Origin: Candidatus Bathyarchaeia archaeon | GTDB taxonomy: Archaea; Thermoproteota; Bathyarchaeia; Bathyarchaeales; Bathycorpusculaceae | Direction of reading: 5' to 3' | Length of the DNA: 19,764 nt | Assembly (NCBI GenBank): GCA_050012255.1 | Contig: JBEKHN010000026.1 | Coordinates: 1 to 19,764 of the forward strand | Shown here: positions 16,901 to 19,764 of the stretch, in pieces | Position numbering within the stretch: position 1 is the stretch's first letter | Layout of the letters: the number at the start of each line of letters is the position of its first letter | Position numbers and translations under genes: made by a program | Notes under the pieces: generated by a model | Told to the model about the DNA's origin: nothing | What the model saw: only the letters and a program-made list of their open reading frames with translations | The model's database searches: none

Positions 16901-17641
16901 ATGGCGAAAAAAGGAAAAGCGGAAAAAACTTCTGAAGGAAAAGGTCTTGAACAGCTGAAGGAAGAGATTGCGCAAAAAGGAAAAGAAATCGAACAGCTGC
17001 AGAAGTCAGTGGAGGAGATGAGGACGCAGATCAAGGGAAAAGAGAAAACCGGCGAAACAGCAGAGTTGGGCAGAATGGTCGACGATGTCTCAGGACTTTT
17101 AAACGTGGGTTTCAGTATACTTGGTGCACCAGAAAAGGCGCAAAACGAGAAATCTAAGGGATTAGTTGGGTTAGTCAACGAGCTGGGCAAGTTAGCGGAG
17201 AAGTCTCAGACGACACAGAAGACGATTAACTTCGGAAAAGGCGGAGTAATCGACTTTCGGGTAAGTTCCCATCCGATAAAAGGAACCCCTTCGACACATC
17301 ATGCGAGTACGCTGAAGATCAGCAGACCAAACAGAGAGTCACCAAAAATACATGCGCCCTTACCTTCAACAGCAGGAACAATAAACGAAAGACAGCCAAT
17401 CGTTGATGTGTTTGAAGAGGAAGACTACGTTAGAGTGACTGCTGAACTGCCTGGCGTTGAAGAGAGTGAAATAAACCTGAAAGTAGAAGACACTACTCTG
17501 ACCATAAGCACGGGTACGTCTGCAAGGACATACTACAAAGAGGCAGAGCTGCCAACTCCTGTCAAAAAAGAGGTCGCTGAATCCAGTTACCGCAATGGTA
17601 TTCTAGAAGTTAAACTGGTGAAGACGAAGAAAGACGCATAG
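16901..17641 (+). CDS. Hsp20/alpha-crystallin family protein (GvpH-like) with an N-terminal coiled coil
   Basis: RQPIVDVFEEEDYVRVTAELPGVEESEI...YYKEAELP...YRNGILEVKL. N-terminal heptads LEQLKEEIAQKGKEIEQLQKSVEEMR. GGAGGTGA RBS. Confidence 0.9.
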   Translation: MAKKGKAEKTSEGKGLEQLKEEIAQKGKEIEQLQKSVEEMRTQIKGKEKTGETAELGRMVDDVSGLLNVGFSILGAPEKAQNEKSKGLVGLVNELGKLAEKSQTTQKTINFGKGGVIDFRVSSHPIKGTPSTHHASTLKISRPNRESPKIHAPLPSTAGTINERQPIVDVFEEEDYVRVTAELPGVEESEINLKVEDTTLTISTGTSARTYYKEAELPTPVKKEVAESSYRNGILEVKLVKTKKDA

Positions 17642-17687
17642 ACAAACACGCATTGAGAATAGACTCTGTACAGGTAAGAGATGGTTG

Positions 17688-17765
17688 TGGCGGGCCCGAC
17701 GGGAATTGAACCCGCGGCCTACGGATTAAGAGTCCGCCGCTCTGGCCTGACTGAGCTACGGGCCC
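17688..17765 (-). tRNA. tRNA-Lys (anticodon CTT), intronless, CCA encoded
   Basis: GGGCCCGTAGCTCAGTCAGGCCAGAGCGGCGGA-CTCTTAA-TCCGTAGGCCGCGGGTTCAATTCCCGTCGGGCCCGCCA folds into a cloverleaf. Confidence 0.97.
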
Positions 17766-17891
17766 GCATAAAGGCTTCTTTTGAAAAAGGCTCCACTGAG
17801 AAATATAGAGCTTGCGGTTTTGTTGTTGCAGCTTGATGCAGTGAAAAACTAATAACAAAGCAGCCCTTTAATTTTTTATGGAGCAGTTTTT

Positions 17892-18818
17892 ATGGTGAAC
17901 TCTTTGAGCGAAGTTTTCATTCTAAAAACTACGGATAGAGCAACAGGCGTTCCTGCACTGCTCAACAAGTTTGGCTTAGACGAGTATTCTGGGAAGCAAG
18001 TGGCTTTGAAGGCTAATTTTAACAGTGCTGACCCGTTTCCAGCATCAACCCACCTTGACACCTTAAGAGCTATAATGCAAACCCTAAAAAATGCAGGCGC
18101 GAGCGGCATAACTTTGGCTGAACGCAGCGGTATGGGCGACACCGAGCAGGTTCTAGAGCAAATGGGCGTTTTAGCCTTATCAAGAGAACTGGGTTTTAGC
18201 GCTGTTGTCTTAGATGATGTGAGCAAAGAAGACTGGATTAAAGTTGAACGAGGAGAAACCCATTGGCTCAGAGGATTCTACATGGCAAAAGTTTTCCACG
18301 ACGCTGATAAAGTAGTTCAGACATGCTGCCTAAAAACGCACAGGTTCGGCGGCCACTTCACGCTTTCGCTAAAAAACTCTGTTGGCTTAGTGGCAAAAAA
18401 GGTTCCAGGCGGAATATACGATTACATGTGGGAACTGCATGGTTCACCGTTTCAGAGGCAGATGATTGCCGAAATAAATAACCATTACAACTTGGACTTT
18501 GTTTTGATGGATGGTATAAAAGCATTCATAGCCGGCGGTCCAGAACGGGGCACCTTGGTTGAGCCAAACCTTTTGCTTGCAAGCCAAGACCGAGTAGCCA
18601 TAGATGCGGTTGGAGTGGCGATTCTCAAAATGTACGGTGCCAAAGGGAAAGTCGGCGAAGCAGACGTTTTCGAGCAGGATCAGTTACGACGGGCGACAGA
18701 ACTGGGTTTCGGAGTAAAATCAGCCACTGAAATACAATTGACGCCTTTGAATGATGAAAGCCGCATTGAGGCAGAGCGGATAGAACAGGTTCTTAAAGCG
18801 CAGGTTGCTATGCATTAA
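17892..18818 (+). CDS. DUF362 domain-containing protein
   Basis: GKQVALKANFNSADP.PASTH, LAERSGMG, LKTHRFGGHFTLSLKNSVG, MDG, DRVAIDAVG. Confidence 0.85.
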   Translation: MVNSLSEVFILKTTDRATGVPALLNKFGLDEYSGKQVALKANFNSADPFPASTHLDTLRAIMQTLKNAGASGITLAERSGMGDTEQVLEQMGVLALSRELGFSAVVLDDVSKEDWIKVERGETHWLRGFYMAKVFHDADKVVQTCCLKTHRFGGHFTLSLKNSVGLVAKKVPGGIYDYMWELHGSPFQRQMIAEINNHYNLDFVLMDGIKAFIAGGPERGTLVEPNLLLASQDRVAIDAVGVAILKMYGAKGKVGEADVFEQDQLRRATELGFGVKSATEIQLTPLNDESRIEAERIEQVLKAQVAMH

Positions 18819-19482
18819 CACGCATGAGAATGTCTGGCTTATCGCTGGCTATGCCGTCCACCCCTTTCTTAACGTATTCTTCGACTTCTTCAGGCTTGTT
18901 TATGGTCCAAACTATCACTTTTAAACCGTTTTCATGCGCTTTCTGAACATTAGCCGTATGCGTGAACCTATAGAAAGCAAGAAGATAGTTTGCTTTCAGC
19001 TCTAACGCTGCTTTAATTGGGTTCTTGTGCTTTGCGTAAATCAACCCAATCTCAATGCCCTTGTCTAATTCTCTAACTTTCTTTAGTGCATCTTCAAGAA
19101 AAGAAACGATTACAACATTCTTCCCTAATCCTCGCTCGTTCACTATCGAAAGCACTTGCTCCTCAACGCCCGCTTCCTTCAACTCAATGAACACCTTCAC
19201 TTTCTTACCCAAAAAATCAAGCGCTTCCTGCAAAGTAGGAATTTTCTCGCCACTCTCAGCAGAAAAACCTTTGATTTCCTTAAGCGTAAGCTCACTTACC
19301 AAGCCTTCGCCATTGGTTGTCCGCTTAACATCTGCATCATGAATAACGACAAGTTGGTTGTCTTTGGTCTTTCTAACGTCTAACTCAACCGCATCTACGC
19401 CGATTTCCATGGCTTTCTTAAAACTCATCAACGTATTCTCAGGCGCATAAGCCCTAGCGCCCCTATGACCAACACGTAACAT
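18808..19482 (-). CDS. Glycerophosphodiester phosphodiesterase (GDPD; UgpQ/GlpQ-like)
   Basis: VGHRGARAYAPENT, VELDVRKTKD, VVIHD, IPTLQE, IELK, VWTIN, GVDGIASDKP. ATG 19482 preferred. Confidence 0.95.
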   Translation of the reverse strand: MLRVGHRGARAYAPENTLMSFKKAMEIGVDAVELDVRKTKDNQLVVIHDADVKRTTNGEGLVSELTLKEIKGFSAESGEKIPTLQEALDFLGKKVKVFIELKEAGVEEQVLSIVNERGLGKNVVIVSFLEDALKKVRELDKGIEIGLIYAKHKNPIKAALELKANYLLAFYRFTHTANVQKAHENGLKVIVWTINKPEEVEEYVKKGVDGIASDKPDILMRVNA

Positions 19483-19764
19483 AATAAATTGTTTCTTCAA
19501 CAAAGAATAATACTTTGTGCAAGTTTCCTCTGCTCAAAGCATTCACAGGGCGCTCAATAGTTATAACTTTGGCGCCAGGCTTGACTTTGAATAAATCTAT
19601 AGGCTCAGCATCAGAAGCAGGCTCGGATAGTCTCGATTTGAGTCGCTGCTCTCCACGACATTGAAAAAAAGCTGAATCTTCTTCGATTGTAGTTCTGACA
19701 ATTTTTAATAGCTACTTAGCTAACATTATTTTACGAATCGAATCGAATGCTTATATAGATTCGA

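Noticed and set aside
17610-17858. 82-aa minus-strand ORF
   Set aside because: Overlaps the tRNA-Lys gene.
19483-19764. Short minus-strand open frames and a CGAAT x3 repeat next to TTATATA at the window end
   Set aside because: No frame has a convincing start plus RBS. The repeat is too short and is cut by the window edge; probably promoter sequence.

Overview
Archaeal DNA: GGAGGTGA/AGGTGA ribosome-binding sites, TATA-type promoters, Cdc48, a Phr-like regulator and an archaeal tRNA. The Lys-rich, non-acidic proteins argue against a halophile; a Bathyarchaeia-like host is my guess only. Between the 3' end of uvrC (left) and tRNA-Lys(CTT), a DUF362 gene and a glycerophosphodiesterase gene (right) lies a ~17.1 kb region. 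It is bounded by the tRNA 3' end and a degenerate direct-repeat copy of it at 565-594, which suggests a decayed tRNA-integrated island; it has no integrase and an IS1182 remnant near the left end. The island carries an apparently complete haloarchaeal-type gas vesicle cluster on one strand: gvpA, short gvpC, a small GvpI-like ORF, gvpN, gvpO, a MEDS-GvpE-like regulator, gvpF, gvpG, two zinc-ribbon gvpJ, HTH-Hsp20, gvpK, gvpL, a GvpF/L-J-domain fusion, dnaK and GvpM-GRAM. Next to it is a heat-shock module (Hsp20, Phr/HSR1-like repressor with two TAAC-N5-GTT operators, Cdc48, a zincin-like protein, Hsp20). The most striking feature is an apparently dedicated chaperone system for gas vesicle biogenesis: a J-domain fused to a GvpF/L protein, directly followed by an Hsp70 with a divergent substrate-binding site. 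All family calls come from motif recognition from memory; no database search was run.
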